A DNA stretch of 64,000 bases. It comes from Candidatus Micrarchaeota archaeon. Its GTDB lineage: Archaea > Micrarchaeota > Micrarchaeia > Micrarchaeales > CABMGC01. A model generated the notes under the pieces. It ran no database searches, was not told the origin of the DNA, and saw nothing but the letters and a program-made list of their open reading frames with translations. This document shows, in pieces, positions 17,174 through 27,835 of this stretch. The position numbers and the translations under genes were made by a program. The stretch is taken from assembly GCA_027365725.1 (NCBI GenBank), contig DAHXMA010000025.1, forward strand, positions 26,611-90,610, read 5' to 3'. Each line of letters starts with the position of its first letter. Position 1 is the first letter of the stretch.

Positions 17174-18175
17174 TCATTTTGCCTTGTCTATAAGCGCAAG
17201 CTTGGCAAGCATTGCCTCCAGCTGTATCCTCTCATTTGCGCCTTCAACTATCCTGAAATTATAGTCCCCTATGTTGCTTATAAGCTTCAGCTTTAGTTTA
17301 TCGTCAACGTCGAGGCTAAGGGCCTCCTTGTGGCACTGCACAAGCACGTCCTCCCCGCTCATGCCGTATGACAGTAGAAGCACATTAAGCTCATCTCTTG
17401 CCCTTGAGAAATTGCCATCAAGCGCATATCTTAGCATAGCAACAACTTCGTTGGGCCTTGCCTTAGAAGCTATGTCATATATCGATTTATCGGTTATCTT
17501 GCTGTTAAGTATGGCTGCGCCGTGCAGCGTGTTTGTTATCTTCCTCAGATCACCTTCGCTTACATATATGAGCGCCTCTATGCCCTTTTCATCTATTGAA
17601 ATATTCTCTCCCTTCACTATCCTTTCTATGTAAATGCGCATCTCCTCCTCTTTGAGGGGCCTGAACCTAAGGACAACGCACCTGCTTTGTATGGGCTCTA
17701 TTATTTTGCTTGCATAATTTGCGCTGAGTATGAACCTCGTCGTTGAAGAATACTTCTCCATTGTCCTTCGCAGTGCGTGCTGCGCCTCAGATGTCAGCGC
17801 ATCGGCCTCGTCCAGAAATATTATCTTTATCATGCCTGTTGACAACGGAAGGGTCTTTGCGAAATCCTTTACCCTCGTCCTTATTACGTCTATCCCGCGC
17901 TGGTCGCTTGCGTTCAGCTCCAAAAAGGCCTGTCGTATAGAATCCCCATACAGCTCATTTGCCATTGCCACTGCAGAAGTGGTCTTACCTATTCCGGCAG
18001 GTCCGGAGAATATCATGCTCGGGAAGCTTTTCTCTTTAACAAATGCCTTCAGCCGATCCACTATTGCACTCTGGCCGATTATGTCATCAAGCCTGCCCGG
18101 CCTGTACTTTTCAGTCCACTGCTGATCCAATAGCTCCAAGAAATCTACCAAGCAATAGCTATACGTTATAGTCAC
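17174..18175 (-). CDS. rfcS: replication factor C small subunit
   Basis: WTEKYRPGRLDDIIGQ, Walker A GPAGIGKTT, DEAD-like FLDEADAL and SRC motif QSRCVVLRF. The track start is GTG, so the exact start is uncertain. Confidence 0.9.
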   Translation of the reverse strand: MTITYSYCLVDFLELLDQQWTEKYRPGRLDDIIGQSAIVDRLKAFVKEKSFPSMIFSGPAGIGKTTSAVAMANELYGDSIRQAFLELNASDQRGIDVIRTRVKDFAKTLPLSTGMIKIIFLDEADALTSEAQHALRRTMEKYSSTTRFILSANYASKIIEPIQSRCVVLRFRPLKEEEMRIYIERIVKGENISIDEKGIEALIYVSEGDLRKITNTLHGAAILNSKITDKSIYDIASKARPNEVVAMLRYALDGNFSRARDELNVLLLSYGMSGEDVLVQCHKEALSLDVDDKLKLKLISNIGDYNFRIVEGANERIQLEAMLAKLALIDKAK

Positions 18176-18328
18176 CGCTACATTTTTATAAATAGTGGCG
18201 TAATGCTGGCAGTAAATTTCAATTGCCCTTTTAACGCAGCGTCATATTAGGAGCGACCTTTTCGTAGATAAGCTTTAAATACATACACAATATCAAGGTA
18301 TAATTGCGACCACAATTGGGTTAAGTAA

Positions 18329-18583
18329 GTGGGTTGGGTAAATAGAATGGGAACTGATAGCATAGTCGTAGGTGGAACCTACGATCTTAGAATAGCGGCA
18401 AAAGATGCGCGCGGAGAAGGAATCGGAAGGATAAACGACATGGTAGTCTTTATCAGGAACACAAAGCCAAGGCTTGGCAAGACGTACAAGGTGCGCATAA
18501 CAAATACTCACAAGAATTTTGCATACGCAGAGCCGATAGATAACAGCAAACCTTTTATAGGTAATGGTACTCTAATAATATAG
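18329..18583 (+). CDS. TRAM domain RNA-binding protein
   Basis: GGTYDLRIAAKDARGEGIGRINDMVVFIRNTKPRLGKTYKVRITNTHKNFAYAEPI matches the small archaeal TRAM fold pattern. An alternative ATG start lies at 18347. Confidence 0.7.
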   Translation: MGWVNRMGTDSIVVGGTYDLRIAAKDARGEGIGRINDMVVFIRNTKPRLGKTYKVRITNTHKNFAYAEPIDNSKPFIGNGTLII

Positions 18584-18629
18584 AATTCCTTATATTTAAT
18601 TTTATTTTTATTCTTCTAGATTCAGTGGT

Positions 18630-19271
18630 GTGTTAATGGTGAATAGAGACTTCTACGACGCTATAAAAAAGGGTACGACGACAGTTGGAATAGTTTGCTC
18701 TGATGGAGTTGCGATGGGTGCAGATTCAAGGGCTACAATGGACACATTCATATCCAGCTCCGAAGCAGTGAAAGTATACGGAATAAACGATGGGCTTGCA
18801 ATGACAATTGCAGGCGGGGTTGGTGACGCAGAGTATCTGGTCAAACTGCTGAAGATGCAGGATGAGATATACACGATGGAAGAGAAAAGACCCCTTACGC
18901 CTGCTTCAGCAACATCTCTCCTTTCCCTAATACTGCAGGAGAACAAGGCATTCCCGTTCTACGTGCAGCTGGTAATAGGCGGAATGAGCAAGGGTTCCAA
19001 TGAGATATATAACATTGATCCAGTAGGCGGGTACACCAAGGAAACAAGATTCACTTCAACCGGCAGCGGATCCCTTACTGCGCTAGGGTACCTAGAAGGC
19101 ATATATGAAAGCGGCATTACTACGTCAGAGGCTGCAAAGCACATAGCAAAGGCGCTTAAGATAGCAATGAAAAGGGACTCCGCGACAGGCGACAGCACAA
19201 AGATAATTACCATAACAAAGAAAGGATTCAAAGAATTTTCAAGAGAAGAAATAGAAAAACTTGTCAAATAA
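18630..19271 (+). CDS. psmB: proteasome subunit beta
   Basis: Short propeptide followed by the active-site TTTVGIVCSDGVAMGADSRAT, plus GSGS and the family-typical length. ATG at 18636 is the likely start. Confidence 0.9.
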   Translation: MLMVNRDFYDAIKKGTTTVGIVCSDGVAMGADSRATMDTFISSSEAVKVYGINDGLAMTIAGGVGDAEYLVKLLKMQDEIYTMEEKRPLTPASATSLLSLILQENKAFPFYVQLVIGGMSKGSNEIYNIDPVGGYTKETRFTSTGSGSLTALGYLEGIYESGITTSEAAKHIAKALKIAMKRDSATGDSTKIITITKKGFKEFSREEIEKLVK

Positions 19272-19328
19272 CTGCTTACATGACAACCAGACTGCATCTT
19301 TAAGCAACCGTGCGTATTTTGTGATATA

Positions 19329-21269
19329 GTGAACCAGGAAGAGTATAACAAAGAAATACTTGATAAAGTCAGCAGCATGATCCCTTCAGATGCAGGCGCT
19401 TCGAGCGTCGACTTTGAGGGCCCAGACGTTGCAGTGTATGTAGACAATATGGCTGCAATCTACCGTGACGAGAGCATAATAAAAAATATATCCGCGTCGG
19501 TCAAGAAAAGGCTTATAGTCCGCAGCAACCCGTCAAAACTAATGGAGCCTGAGGCTGCTCTAGAAAAGATAAAGGCGCTAATACCTCCAGATGCTGGCGT
19601 ACAGCCGGAAGGCATAAGGTTTATGCCTGATTTCTGCGAAGTGTACATAGAGGCGCTAAAGCCCGGATTAGTGATAGGTAAAGGAGGATCTACTTTAATG
19701 CAGATAATACGCGACACCAACTGGGTGCCAAGGGTCCTTCGCCTCCCAACGATGAACAGCGATGTCATAAAGGGAGTGAGGCAGCTCATGTTCAAGGAGA
19801 GCGCATTCAGGAAGAAATTCCTGGGATCGCTAGGGAACAAGATAAACACCATCGGAACTAAAAGCGAGTGGATAAAGGCAACTGCGCTTGGCGGATTCAG
19901 GGAAGTGGGCCGCAGCAGCCTGCTAATAGAGACAAACAGGTCAAAGATACTCATAGATTGCGGTATAAGCCCTGAACCAGGAATAAAGGGAAGCGATGCA
20001 AATTCATCCGGAGAAAACAAGGCATATCCGTATCTGGACAGCATGAACATAACGATAAACGACCTAGACGCAGTCATACTTACGCATGCCCACATGGATC
20101 ACATGGGTTTTGTGCCATACCTGTTCAAGTTCGGATACACGGGACCTGTATACTGCACTCCGCCGACAAGGGACCTTGCTGCGCTGCTGCTCTACGACTA
20201 TAACCGGCTAGTAATGAAGATGGGCGGCTCTCCGCTCTATGGGGAAAAGGACATACGCACAATGCTAATGCACATGATCACAAGGGACTATGGAGAGGTG
20301 ACAAACGTCACAGACGAGATAAAGCTTACATACCATAATGCCGGCCACATACTGGGAAGCGGAACCGTGCACCTGCACATAGGCGAAGGGATGTACAATA
20401 TAGTAAGCACCGGGGACATGAAGTACGGTTTCACCCGCCTGCTTGACGATGCCGATGTGAGGTATCCCCGAGTTGATGCGCTATTTATTGAAAGCACATA
20501 TGGGGGCCCGAATGACATAACCTCGAACAGGAAGCAGGCAGAGCTTGAGCTCATGGACGCTATAAAGAGCACAGTCAAGGCAGGCGGCAAGGTTCTGATA
20601 CCTCTCTTCGCGGTAGGAAGGAGTCAGGAGCTGATGCTTGTGCTTGAAAGCTACATGATTAACAATCCAGAATACAAGCTTGATGTGCCAATATATCTAG
20701 ACGGCATGATACTTGAGGCAAGCGCAATACACACGGCGTACCCAGAGTATTTGCGCATGGGCATACAGCAGAGGATACTTAGCAACAACTCTCCATTCGA
20801 AAGCGAAATATTCGAGGTCGCCAAGGGCGAAAGGAGTGAGATACTGGACAAAGGGCCATCTGTAATACTTGCCAGCGGGGGGATGCTCAACGGCGGCGCA
20901 AGCCTGGAATACTTCAAGTGCATGGCAGAAGATCCGAAGAATATGGTGATATTCGTTGGATATAACAGCGTAAGCTCGCTTGGGCGCAGGATCCAAAACA
21001 AGCTAAGCGAAATAGCCCTACCCGGGGAAGACGGCAAGATGCTGCAGCTTAAGATAAACTGCCAGATACGCACGGTTGAAGGGTTTTCCGGCCACAGCGA
21101 CAGGCGCCAGATAATAGACTTCGTCAGGAACATGCGGCCTTCGCCTCGCAAGATATTTACAATGCACGGGGAGGAGTCCAAGTGTGAAGACCTGTCAAGG
21201 ACGCTTGGAAATATAATGCACGCTGAATCAAGAGCGCCAATGGACCTTGACTCGATACGGTTCAAGTAG
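19329..21269 (+). CDS. aCPSF1-type beta-CASP ribonuclease (KH domains + metallo-beta-lactamase), archaeal termination/3'-end processing factor
   Basis: N-terminal KH-like repeats (VIGKGGSTL), MBL motif LTHAHMDHMG, and beta-CASP C-terminal motifs (FSGHSDRRQI, TMHGE). 646 aa, GTG start. Confidence 0.88.
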   Translation: MNQEEYNKEILDKVSSMIPSDAGASSVDFEGPDVAVYVDNMAAIYRDESIIKNISASVKKRLIVRSNPSKLMEPEAALEKIKALIPPDAGVQPEGIRFMPDFCEVYIEALKPGLVIGKGGSTLMQIIRDTNWVPRVLRLPTMNSDVIKGVRQLMFKESAFRKKFLGSLGNKINTIGTKSEWIKATALGGFREVGRSSLLIETNRSKILIDCGISPEPGIKGSDANSSGENKAYPYLDSMNITINDLDAVILTHAHMDHMGFVPYLFKFGYTGPVYCTPPTRDLAALLLYDYNRLVMKMGGSPLYGEKDIRTMLMHMITRDYGEVTNVTDEIKLTYHNAGHILGSGTVHLHIGEGMYNIVSTGDMKYGFTRLLDDADVRYPRVDALFIESTYGGPNDITSNRKQAELELMDAIKSTVKAGGKVLIPLFAVGRSQELMLVLESYMINNPEYKLDVPIYLDGMILEASAIHTAYPEYLRMGIQQRILSNNSPFESEIFEVAKGERSEILDKGPSVILASGGMLNGGASLEYFKCMAEDPKNMVIFVGYNSVSSLGRRIQNKLSEIALPGEDGKMLQLKINCQIRTVEGFSGHSDRRQIIDFVRNMRPSPRKIFTMHGEESKCEDLSRTLGNIMHAESRAPMDLDSIRFK

Positions 21270-21298
21270 CAGAAAATTGCAGAATGCAATGCGCTTAA

Positions 21299-21820
21299 CT
21301 AGCGAATAAAGTGGGCAGCAGCATACCCTATCATTGAGTAGCCAAGCACCTGATACTGGGCGACCATGTAATTGAGCCTGCTTATATTCGCATCCCAATT
21401 CAGCATATGGTGTTTAGGTGCGTCCTGCTCTTTATTTTCTTGCCCACCAATGGCCTGGTGCTTTTTTATCATCCGCCATTCAAGTGCGCCTACAGCGCAA
21501 TAAACAGCGGCAAGTGCGCCAGCAGCAAAATCCGGGCTTGTATTTATTCCAAGCCCGACTCCAACAAGCGTATACCCTCCAATATTCTCCATAAGCAGGA
21601 TTGCCGGCCTGGCAAGAGGCCTGTCTGGGTGGTTTTTCCAGTAAATGAATGTGCTTTTAAGATGGTGTGTAGGCGGTATTGCCATGCTTGCATAATTTAT
21701 TGCCTTAGAAACGCCCTCACGCCTAAAAATATTCTTAAGTGTGCGTCTATGCGCCTCTTCGCTATTTTTAGCACCTGACTTTTCAGAAATTTTGCCCTCT
21801 ACGGCCTGAACCCTTTCCAT
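21299..21820 (-). CDS. hypothetical protein (possible membrane protein)
   Basis: 173-aa ORF with hydrophobic segments (GGYTLVGVGLGINTSPDFAAGALAAVYCAVGAL; QVLGYSMIGYAAAHF). No family recognised. Confidence 0.5.
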   Translation of the reverse strand: MERVQAVEGKISEKSGAKNSEEAHRRTLKNIFRREGVSKAINYASMAIPPTHHLKSTFIYWKNHPDRPLARPAILLMENIGGYTLVGVGLGINTSPDFAAGALAAVYCAVGALEWRMIKKHQAIGGQENKEQDAPKHHMLNWDANISRLNYMVAQYQVLGYSMIGYAAAHFIR

Positions 21821-22175
21821 TTAAATCGCCAGCAACTCGAATAAGGAAGATAGGCGCAAATATGATATAAATAGGTTTGCCAAGGCCCCTTTCGCACAAT
21901 TATACTTGGCGTGTATGCATAATGCCAAAGTGAAGAAAAGGTTTAAATATCATGCAACTCTCAAATACTTTGTCAGGTAATCAGGCCAATTCAATGTTGA
22001 TATTCATGAGATACGAAAGCCCATACGCTTCAAGCCAAGCATTACGCCAATTTGCCCTATTTCTAAGAGCCTTTGCCCAGACATTCCTGATATTGGGCAT
22101 ATCCATAGAAGCATAGCGGCCGGATAAAAACGCTTTCAAGGCCGCCATGCAATTACAATATGCTTAGATTCAAAA

Positions 22176-23552
22176 GTGAAAAATATGAACTACGACGAAA
22201 TGAAGAGAGAATACATAAACGGTTTTAGCAAGAACAGGTCCAAAGGCTTTACTATAGGATTAGAGGGCGAGTACGTCGCAGTTTACTCTGACAAGGGCAA
22301 GAATGCAGGCATGTTTGGGCATTCGATAAGGCACGATGATGTAGTAAGACTTATGGACGCTGTAGCAGCATCAGATAGCAAATGGCAGAAGACCGAAGGA
22401 GGGTACGGACTGGAGATGAAATTAGGCGGATATACCGTTGCGCTTGGCACAGATTTCGGCAGCGGCACAATTGAACTGGGATTGCCTCCTGTAAAATCTC
22501 TAGCAGAAGGAATGCGTATGCTAAATAACATACTGCTTCCGATAATTAATGCTGCAGACTCATGCGGCATAACTATACTGGGTCTTGGCACGAGTCCACT
22601 TTCATATGCCGCACCAAATTTAATGATGAAAAAGGAGAGATACAAGGTTCTTACAGAGGTGATGCACCCTGGCGTATATCTGCAGTCTATAACTGCTGCA
22701 AATCAAGTCCACATAAGCTTTGATGATTGCAAAGCGCTGGAGGCCATGAACATGTATAATGGCTTTGCCCCAGCATTAATAGCGCTTGCAGGCAACGGAG
22801 CAATAAAGGAGGGAAAGCCTTCAGGATATCAGGATTTTCGCGTAAGGGCGTGGGATCTGGTAAACTTGAGAAAGTTTGGAAAAATGAACCAGTCGCGTAA
22901 AGGCATAGCGCCAAGAATGCACAGCATATCCGAATATCTGGACAACATATCCGAATTCACACCAATAATGACCCTGCGCGATGGTAAATACATAATGTTC
23001 CACGACACGAAGCGCTTTTCAGACTTCCTTTCAACCGGCAATGCAACAGTTTCATCGCCCCTTGACACCCAGTCCACGTTCCAAATAAGCCCGCGGCTTG
23101 TAGATGCATATTTCATGGAAGGTACAGTCTGGTGGGAAGCCCGCCTGAAAAGCGTATATGGCACTGTGGAAATCAGGGCAGCATCGCAGCAGCCTGACTT
23201 CAGCTCGATAATTGCGTTGGCTGGCCTGCACCTTGGCCTTGCGGCCAACATGGAAAGCGCTTCTGATCGTGTATCCTATGTATCGCATAGCGATCTTGTC
23301 TCAGCGAGGAGGGACGCGGCAAAAGTCGGAATGTCTGCAAAGGTAGGAAAAGAGCCCATATCTACAATGGTACGCGACATGCTTGACATATCACGCACAG
23401 GGCTTGCAAAGATAGGCGAGGATGCATCTGCTCTGGAGCCACTGTACGAGCGCGTTAGCAGGGGCCGCAATCCTGCAGCAGAATCGCTAGCCATGCTAAG
23501 GCGTGATGGAATAGAAAAGCTGATAAAGCATTCAAGGCTAAAGGCAATGTGA
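22176..23552 (+). CDS. glutamate--cysteine ligase family 2 (YbdK-like carboxylate-amine ligase)
   Basis: FTIGLEGEYVAV (equivalent to the GxExEF motif), GTIELGLPP, and WWEARLKSVYGTVEIRAASQQP (equivalent to WWDVRP...GTVEVR) are GCS2 hallmarks. GTG start, with an ATG at 22185. Confidence 0.7.
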   Translation: MKNMNYDEMKREYINGFSKNRSKGFTIGLEGEYVAVYSDKGKNAGMFGHSIRHDDVVRLMDAVAASDSKWQKTEGGYGLEMKLGGYTVALGTDFGSGTIELGLPPVKSLAEGMRMLNNILLPIINAADSCGITILGLGTSPLSYAAPNLMMKKERYKVLTEVMHPGVYLQSITAANQVHISFDDCKALEAMNMYNGFAPALIALAGNGAIKEGKPSGYQDFRVRAWDLVNLRKFGKMNQSRKGIAPRMHSISEYLDNISEFTPIMTLRDGKYIMFHDTKRFSDFLSTGNATVSSPLDTQSTFQISPRLVDAYFMEGTVWWEARLKSVYGTVEIRAASQQPDFSSIIALAGLHLGLAANMESASDRVSYVSHSDLVSARRDAAKVGMSAKVGKEPISTMVRDMLDISRTGLAKIGEDASALEPLYERVSRGRNPAAESLAMLRRDGIEKLIKHSRLKAM

Positions 23553-23565
23553 TTACGGTAATGCG

Positions 23566-24279
23566 ATGATAATAGACGCACATACACACATCGGCGCAGA
23601 TCTAGACATGCAGCGCCAGGATCTTAGCGGCCTCCAGGCAAACATGCGCAAATACGGCATAGACAAAGCAATAGTGTTCCCTTTCAATGAAAAAGGCAAC
23701 CTAGTTAAAGCGAGCTTACGCATACTGCGGCACAGCAGCCAGTCAATCTTGCCATTCCTCAGGTTCGATCCTAAAACGATGAGTGTGCGCGAACTCCAGC
23801 TCTTACTTGATGAAAATGATTTTTACGGAGTGAAACTGCATACAAGGAGCCAGGATTTCAATCCCATTTCCAAGCGCTACTTTCCTCTTTATGAAGTAAT
23901 AGAAGACCATGGCATACCCTTGTTATTTCACACTAGGAAGGAGAAGAACCGAAATTCTGACCCTGACCGGGTGGTCATGCTTGCAAGGCACTTTAGCAAT
24001 CTTAATATAATAATAGGGCATTTCGCTGCAGCATCACATGTAGCTTTCGATGAAATCCAGAAAAGGAAAAACCTTTTTGTAGAGACGTCAATATTTTCCT
24101 CAAATTATCTTATAAACCACGTGTCAAGGAAGATAGGCAGTAACAAAGTGCTCTTCGGATCCGACGCTCCATATTCGGACCAGGAGATAGAGCTTCTCAA
24201 AGTAATGAAGTCCGGGCTTGGCAAAAAGGATATGGACAGGATATTATGGAAAAATGCGGCCAGGTTGCTTAATGTATAA
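23566..24279 (+). CDS. amidohydrolase-fold metal-dependent hydrolase (TIM barrel)
   Basis: N-terminal IIDAHTHIG metal-binding motif, later IIIGHFA and LFGSDAPY, typical of amidohydrolase_2-type proteins. Confidence 0.65.
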   Translation: MIIDAHTHIGADLDMQRQDLSGLQANMRKYGIDKAIVFPFNEKGNLVKASLRILRHSSQSILPFLRFDPKTMSVRELQLLLDENDFYGVKLHTRSQDFNPISKRYFPLYEVIEDHGIPLLFHTRKEKNRNSDPDRVVMLARHFSNLNIIIGHFAAASHVAFDEIQKRKNLFVETSIFSSNYLINHVSRKIGSNKVLFGSDAPYSDQEIELLKVMKSGLGKKDMDRILWKNAARLLNV

Positions 24280-24309
24280 CCCTATTTAATACTTAAGCTC
24301 AAAATAATA

Positions 24310-25809
24310 ATGCAAAACACCTATTCTGCAGGATCCCTGCAAAATATTGCTTTTGTGGTGTATATGATGAAAACGAGCGGCATTGAGATAGGCTTAAGCT
24401 ATAACGATGTGCTTCTTGTCCCGCGCAGATCAGCAATTGCGTCAAGGGGCGCGATAAGCACCGAGAGCAGGCTTATGCGCGGAATAACAATAAAGATACC
24501 AATAATAACGGCAAACATGGACACTGTTACCGAGTCAGGGATGGCCATAGCAATTGCAAGGGAAGGAGGGCTTGGCGTAATACACCGCTTCATGGACATA
24601 GAGCGAGAGGCTTCGGAAGTGGCAAGGGTAAAGAGAGCAGAAGCATACATGATAGATAAGCCCTACAGTATATCCGCAACGTCAAGCATAGGCGATGCCA
24701 GGGAGATGATGTCAATGCACGGGGTAAGCGGCCTGCTGGTTGTTGACAAAAGCAACAGGCTAATGGGCATAATCTCTGACAGGGACATACGCTTTGCAGA
24801 AGACGAAAAGGCCGCAGCCTCAACGGCAATGACAAAGAGATCAAGGCTCATCGTGGGAAAGCCGGGCATAAGCATAGCAGAGGCAGTAAGAACCCTAGAT
24901 TCCCACCGGCTGGAGAAATTGCCAATAGTCGATAGCAGCAATAAGGTCGTAGGGCTAATAACATCAAAAGACATATACAAGCACACAAAATCAAGCATAT
25001 CCGCAAAGGACAGCAAAGGCCGGTTGCTTGTAGGCGCAGCCATAGGGATAAAAGGCGACTACATAGAACGCGCTACGGCTTTATGCGATGCCGGTGCGGA
25101 CCTTTTAGTGCTTGATGTAGCCCATGGCCATACCGACAGTGTAATATCCGCGATTAAAGCAGTAAAACGCGAAATAGGCGGAGTCAAACTTATTGCAGGA
25201 AATGTTGCGACAGCCGAAGGCGTAGACGATTTGGCAGCTGCCGGTGCAGACTGCGTTAAGGTCGGCATAGGCCCAGGCGCAGCGTGCACCACCAGAAGGG
25301 TTACCGGCGCCGGAATGCCTCAGTTCACCGCAATTGTAAATTGCTACGATGCCGCAGTGCGCAAAGGGATAAGCATAATAGCCGACGGCGGAATAAAGGA
25401 TTCGGGAGATATAACGAAGTCGCTTGCAGCAGGCGCCTCAGCGGTTATGGCGGGCAGCCTATTTGCAGGTACTGAAGAGAGCCCCGGATACTTTGTAAGC
25501 AGGCGAGGCGTGAAATACAAGGCGTACCGCGGGATGGCTTCCCTTGGCGCAAACATATCACGTAAGAAGCTGGATAAGATGGACATAGACCCAGAAGAGA
25601 TAACTCAGATAGTTCCAGAAGGGGTGGAATCTTCGGTCCCTTACCGCGGAACTGTAAAAGAAGTAGTGTCACAGCTTGTAGGAGGCATAAGATCAGGGAT
25701 GAGCTATTGCGGCGCGTCGAATTTAGATCAGCTTAGGAAGAACGCAAAGTTCATACGCCTTACTGAAAGCTCCCAAAAGGAGAGCTACGAGAAATTAGAG
25801 CAGTACTAA
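24310..25809 (+). CDS. guaB: IMP dehydrogenase (with CBS pair)
   Basis: [13 protein letters not shown], a CBS region, catalytic loop [29 protein letters not shown] and EGVES. TATTTAAT lies 20 nt upstream of ATG 24310. Alternative ATG at 24364. Confidence 0.92.
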   Translation: MQNTYSAGSLQNIAFVVYMMKTSGIEIGLSYNDVLLVPRRSAIASRGAISTESRLMRGITIKIPIITANMDTVTESGMAIAIAREGGLGVIHRFMDIEREASEVARVKRAEAYMIDKPYSISATSSIGDAREMMSMHGVSGLLVVDKSNRLMGIISDRDIRFAEDEKAAASTAMTKRSRLIVGKPGISIAEAVRTLDSHRLEKLPIVDSSNKVVGLITSKDIYKHTKSSISAKDSKGRLLVGAAIGIKGDYIERATALCDAGADLLVLDVAHGHTDSVISAIKAVKREIGGVKLIAGNVATAEGVDDLAAAGADCVKVGIGPGAACTTRRVTGAGMPQFTAIVNCYDAAVRKGISIIADGGIKDSGDITKSLAAGASAVMAGSLFAGTEESPGYFVSRRGVKYKAYRGMASLGANISRKKLDKMDIDPEEITQIVPEGVESSVPYRGTVKEVVSQLVGGIRSGMSYCGASNLDQLRKNAKFIRLTESSQKESYEKLEQY

Positions 25810-25818
25810 AGCAGCTGG

Positions 25819-27144
25819 CTAGTCCAGAGTCCCTAGGCTGTCCAGGCCAAGTTTATGCAAGGCCCGTTTCTGGTTGTCGTAGTAGTCCCTGCAAAACTCG
25901 TTTATGCTGTGCAAATCCCGCACTCCCAGCTCGTTAAGCTTTCGCAGTGCCTGCGCCCGCCTGTTTTCCTCAGCGATTATCTCGGAAGGGGTCCTGCCGC
26001 TTGCTTTTGAAAGCACATCGCGGTATGTAACGCTCGGCAGTATGTCTGAAGACGTGTGCGTTTTGTAGTCGTATGTATAAAGGTCAGACATGAGAACCTG
26101 CGTTTCAACCCCTGAAGTTTCTGAAACCTGCGTGATTCTTCTCATTTTTTTATGATCGGCATTTACCTGTGATACCACTGTAAAGGCATCAACAAGCGGT
26201 ATAACTTCCTTGTTTATACGCATAGGGTCACGCTCCAGCCTTGTTACCATATCCCTTGTGGTGTGGGCATGCATAGTGCTCATAACCGCCTTGCCTATGC
26301 TCATTGCAGTAATCATGTCTGTTGCTTCCTTCCCTCTTACTTCCCCTATTATTATAAGGTCCGGTCTCATCCTAAGCGAATTCTTGAGCAGGTCTTCAAG
26401 GTTTACCTCAGGGCTCGTCTCAAGCCTGACACAGTTTTCCTGGGTGCTCGTGTTCAACTCGTATGTTTCTTCAAGCACTATTATTCTTGCCTCAGGCCTG
26501 AAGAAACTGAACATCGCGTTCAGCAGGGTGGATTTTCCGCTTCCAGGCATTCCACCTATTAGCATATTCGCAGGCCGCACTCCAAGCCCCTCTGCGTACA
26601 GCCAAAACCTTGCAGCCAGCTGGAAACTTAGCTCGCCATAGTTGACAAGATCTACTATGCTGTATGCATTCGGCTTGAAATTCCTTATTGTAATGTCCTG
26701 ACCGAGAGGCGAATCGACTATGTTGCATCTTGATCCGTTTGGAAGATGGACGTCGAATATGTGCCTGTTTGCAACGGCGCTGGTGGCATAAATCTTAAGC
26801 TTCTTTACGAATTGCTCTAGCTCCTCTGCAGAATTTATGCGTTCAGGCACCTTCTGCGTGCCTATGGTGCTTTCATATACAAATATGTTTGTTGTATTGT
26901 TTACCATTATGTCTTCAACGTTGTCGGCGTACAGGTATTTGTCTATTGGTTCAAATGTTTTTGCAGCTTTTACTACCTGATCCGTTTTCTGCCTGTCAGC
27001 CGCAGGGTCAAGGGCCTTAACAACGCTTTCTATATATCTGTATATGTCCTCTTCATTGTGTATGTTCCCCAGGCGGCCTTCAAGCCGCTCGAATACCTTG
27101 AGCTCAAACGCGTCAGGTTTTGCATTATCCATCGGATGACCCAC
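25819..27144 (-). CDS. type II/IV secretion-family ATPase (FlaI/PilB/VirB11-like)
   Basis: Walker A GGMPGSGKSTLLNA, Asp box/Walker B region RMRPDLIIIGEVRGKEA, and His box TMHA. The likely true start is ATG 27132 (MDNAKPD), with a TATA-like TTTATATT about 17-30 nt upstream. Confidence 0.85.
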   Translation of the reverse strand: MGHPMDNAKPDAFELKVFERLEGRLGNIHNEEDIYRYIESVVKALDPAADRQKTDQVVKAAKTFEPIDKYLYADNVEDIMVNNTTNIFVYESTIGTQKVPERINSAEELEQFVKKLKIYATSAVANRHIFDVHLPNGSRCNIVDSPLGQDITIRNFKPNAYSIVDLVNYGELSFQLAARFWLYAEGLGVRPANMLIGGMPGSGKSTLLNAMFSFFRPEARIIVLEETYELNTSTQENCVRLETSPEVNLEDLLKNSLRMRPDLIIIGEVRGKEATDMITAMSIGKAVMSTMHAHTTRDMVTRLERDPMRINKEVIPLVDAFTVVSQVNADHKKMRRITQVSETSGVETQVLMSDLYTYDYKTHTSSDILPSVTYRDVLSKASGRTPSEIIAEENRRAQALRKLNELGVRDLHSINEFCRDYYDNQKRALHKLGLDSLGTLD

Positions 27145-27274
27145 TGCCCTTTAATATAAAGCGGTTTGGTATTTAAATTCCTTTCCGAGCATCGCAGCTG
27201 CAAAAGTAGCAGGGCTTGCTGAAGATAAACATCATTCAAGCGCGCTCTGTGCAGTGTATTTAACCTAGTGCATT

Positions 27275-27769
27275 CTAGCCTTCGATATTCCTTCTAAGCC
27301 GCATAAGCGCCTCTGAGCCTCTCTTCAAATCCATTTCCTGAAGCCGCTTCTTATGCTCGGGGTGAAATCGCTTTAGATATTTTGCAACATTCTCTTTGCC
27401 ATGAGATTCGGCAAGTTCGTATGCGTCATATCCTCCAATGTTTTTTAGGCCGGTAAGGGCGCCATAATTTACCAGGGTCATAACCATATGCATATCTCCG
27501 TTCATAACTGCGAACATAAGCGGAGTGAATTTATTGGCTGTTGCAACATTAGGATCCGCTCCCTTTGAGATCAGCAATGAAACGACGTCAGAGTTGCCCT
27601 TTTTTGACGCTATGCAAAGCGGCGTATACCCCTCCAAATTCTTGCAATTTACATCTGCCCCCAACACTATTGCAATTCGGGCCTTCAACACATCATTATT
27701 ATATGCTGCGTAATACAGCTCTATATCCCTAACCCTCATCTCCGAATTACTCCTCCTCCTAAAAGCCAT
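27275..27769 (-). CDS. ankyrin-repeat protein
   Basis: At least three ANK repeats: GYTPLCIASKKGNSDVVSLLISKGADPN, KFTPLMFAVMNGDMHMVMTLVNYGA, and GYDAYELAESHGKENVAKYL. Confidence 0.85.
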   Translation of the reverse strand: MAFRRRSNSEMRVRDIELYYAAYNNDVLKARIAIVLGADVNCKNLEGYTPLCIASKKGNSDVVSLLISKGADPNVATANKFTPLMFAVMNGDMHMVMTLVNYGALTGLKNIGGYDAYELAESHGKENVAKYLKRFHPEHKKRLQEMDLKRGSEALMRLRRNIEG

Positions 27770-27835
27770 TCTATCTACAAGCCCAAACTTATTGCGCTCA
27801 CATATTTATTACTTTCCCGAAAAGCCCAGCAGGGT

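Noticed and set aside
17271-18125. Plus-strand ORFs of 120-131 aa inside the RFC gene.
   Set aside because: They are antisense to rfcS, which has Walker A, DEAD-like and SRC motifs. The translations are Ser/Leu-rich low-complexity sequence.
21981-22148. 55-aa minus-strand ATG ORF (MAALKAFLSGRYASMDMPNIRNVWAKALRNRANW...) in the 355-bp spacer.
   Set aside because: There is no recognisable motif, no clear TATA at the usual spacing, and no other support. It is left unannotated but is worth checking with conservation data.
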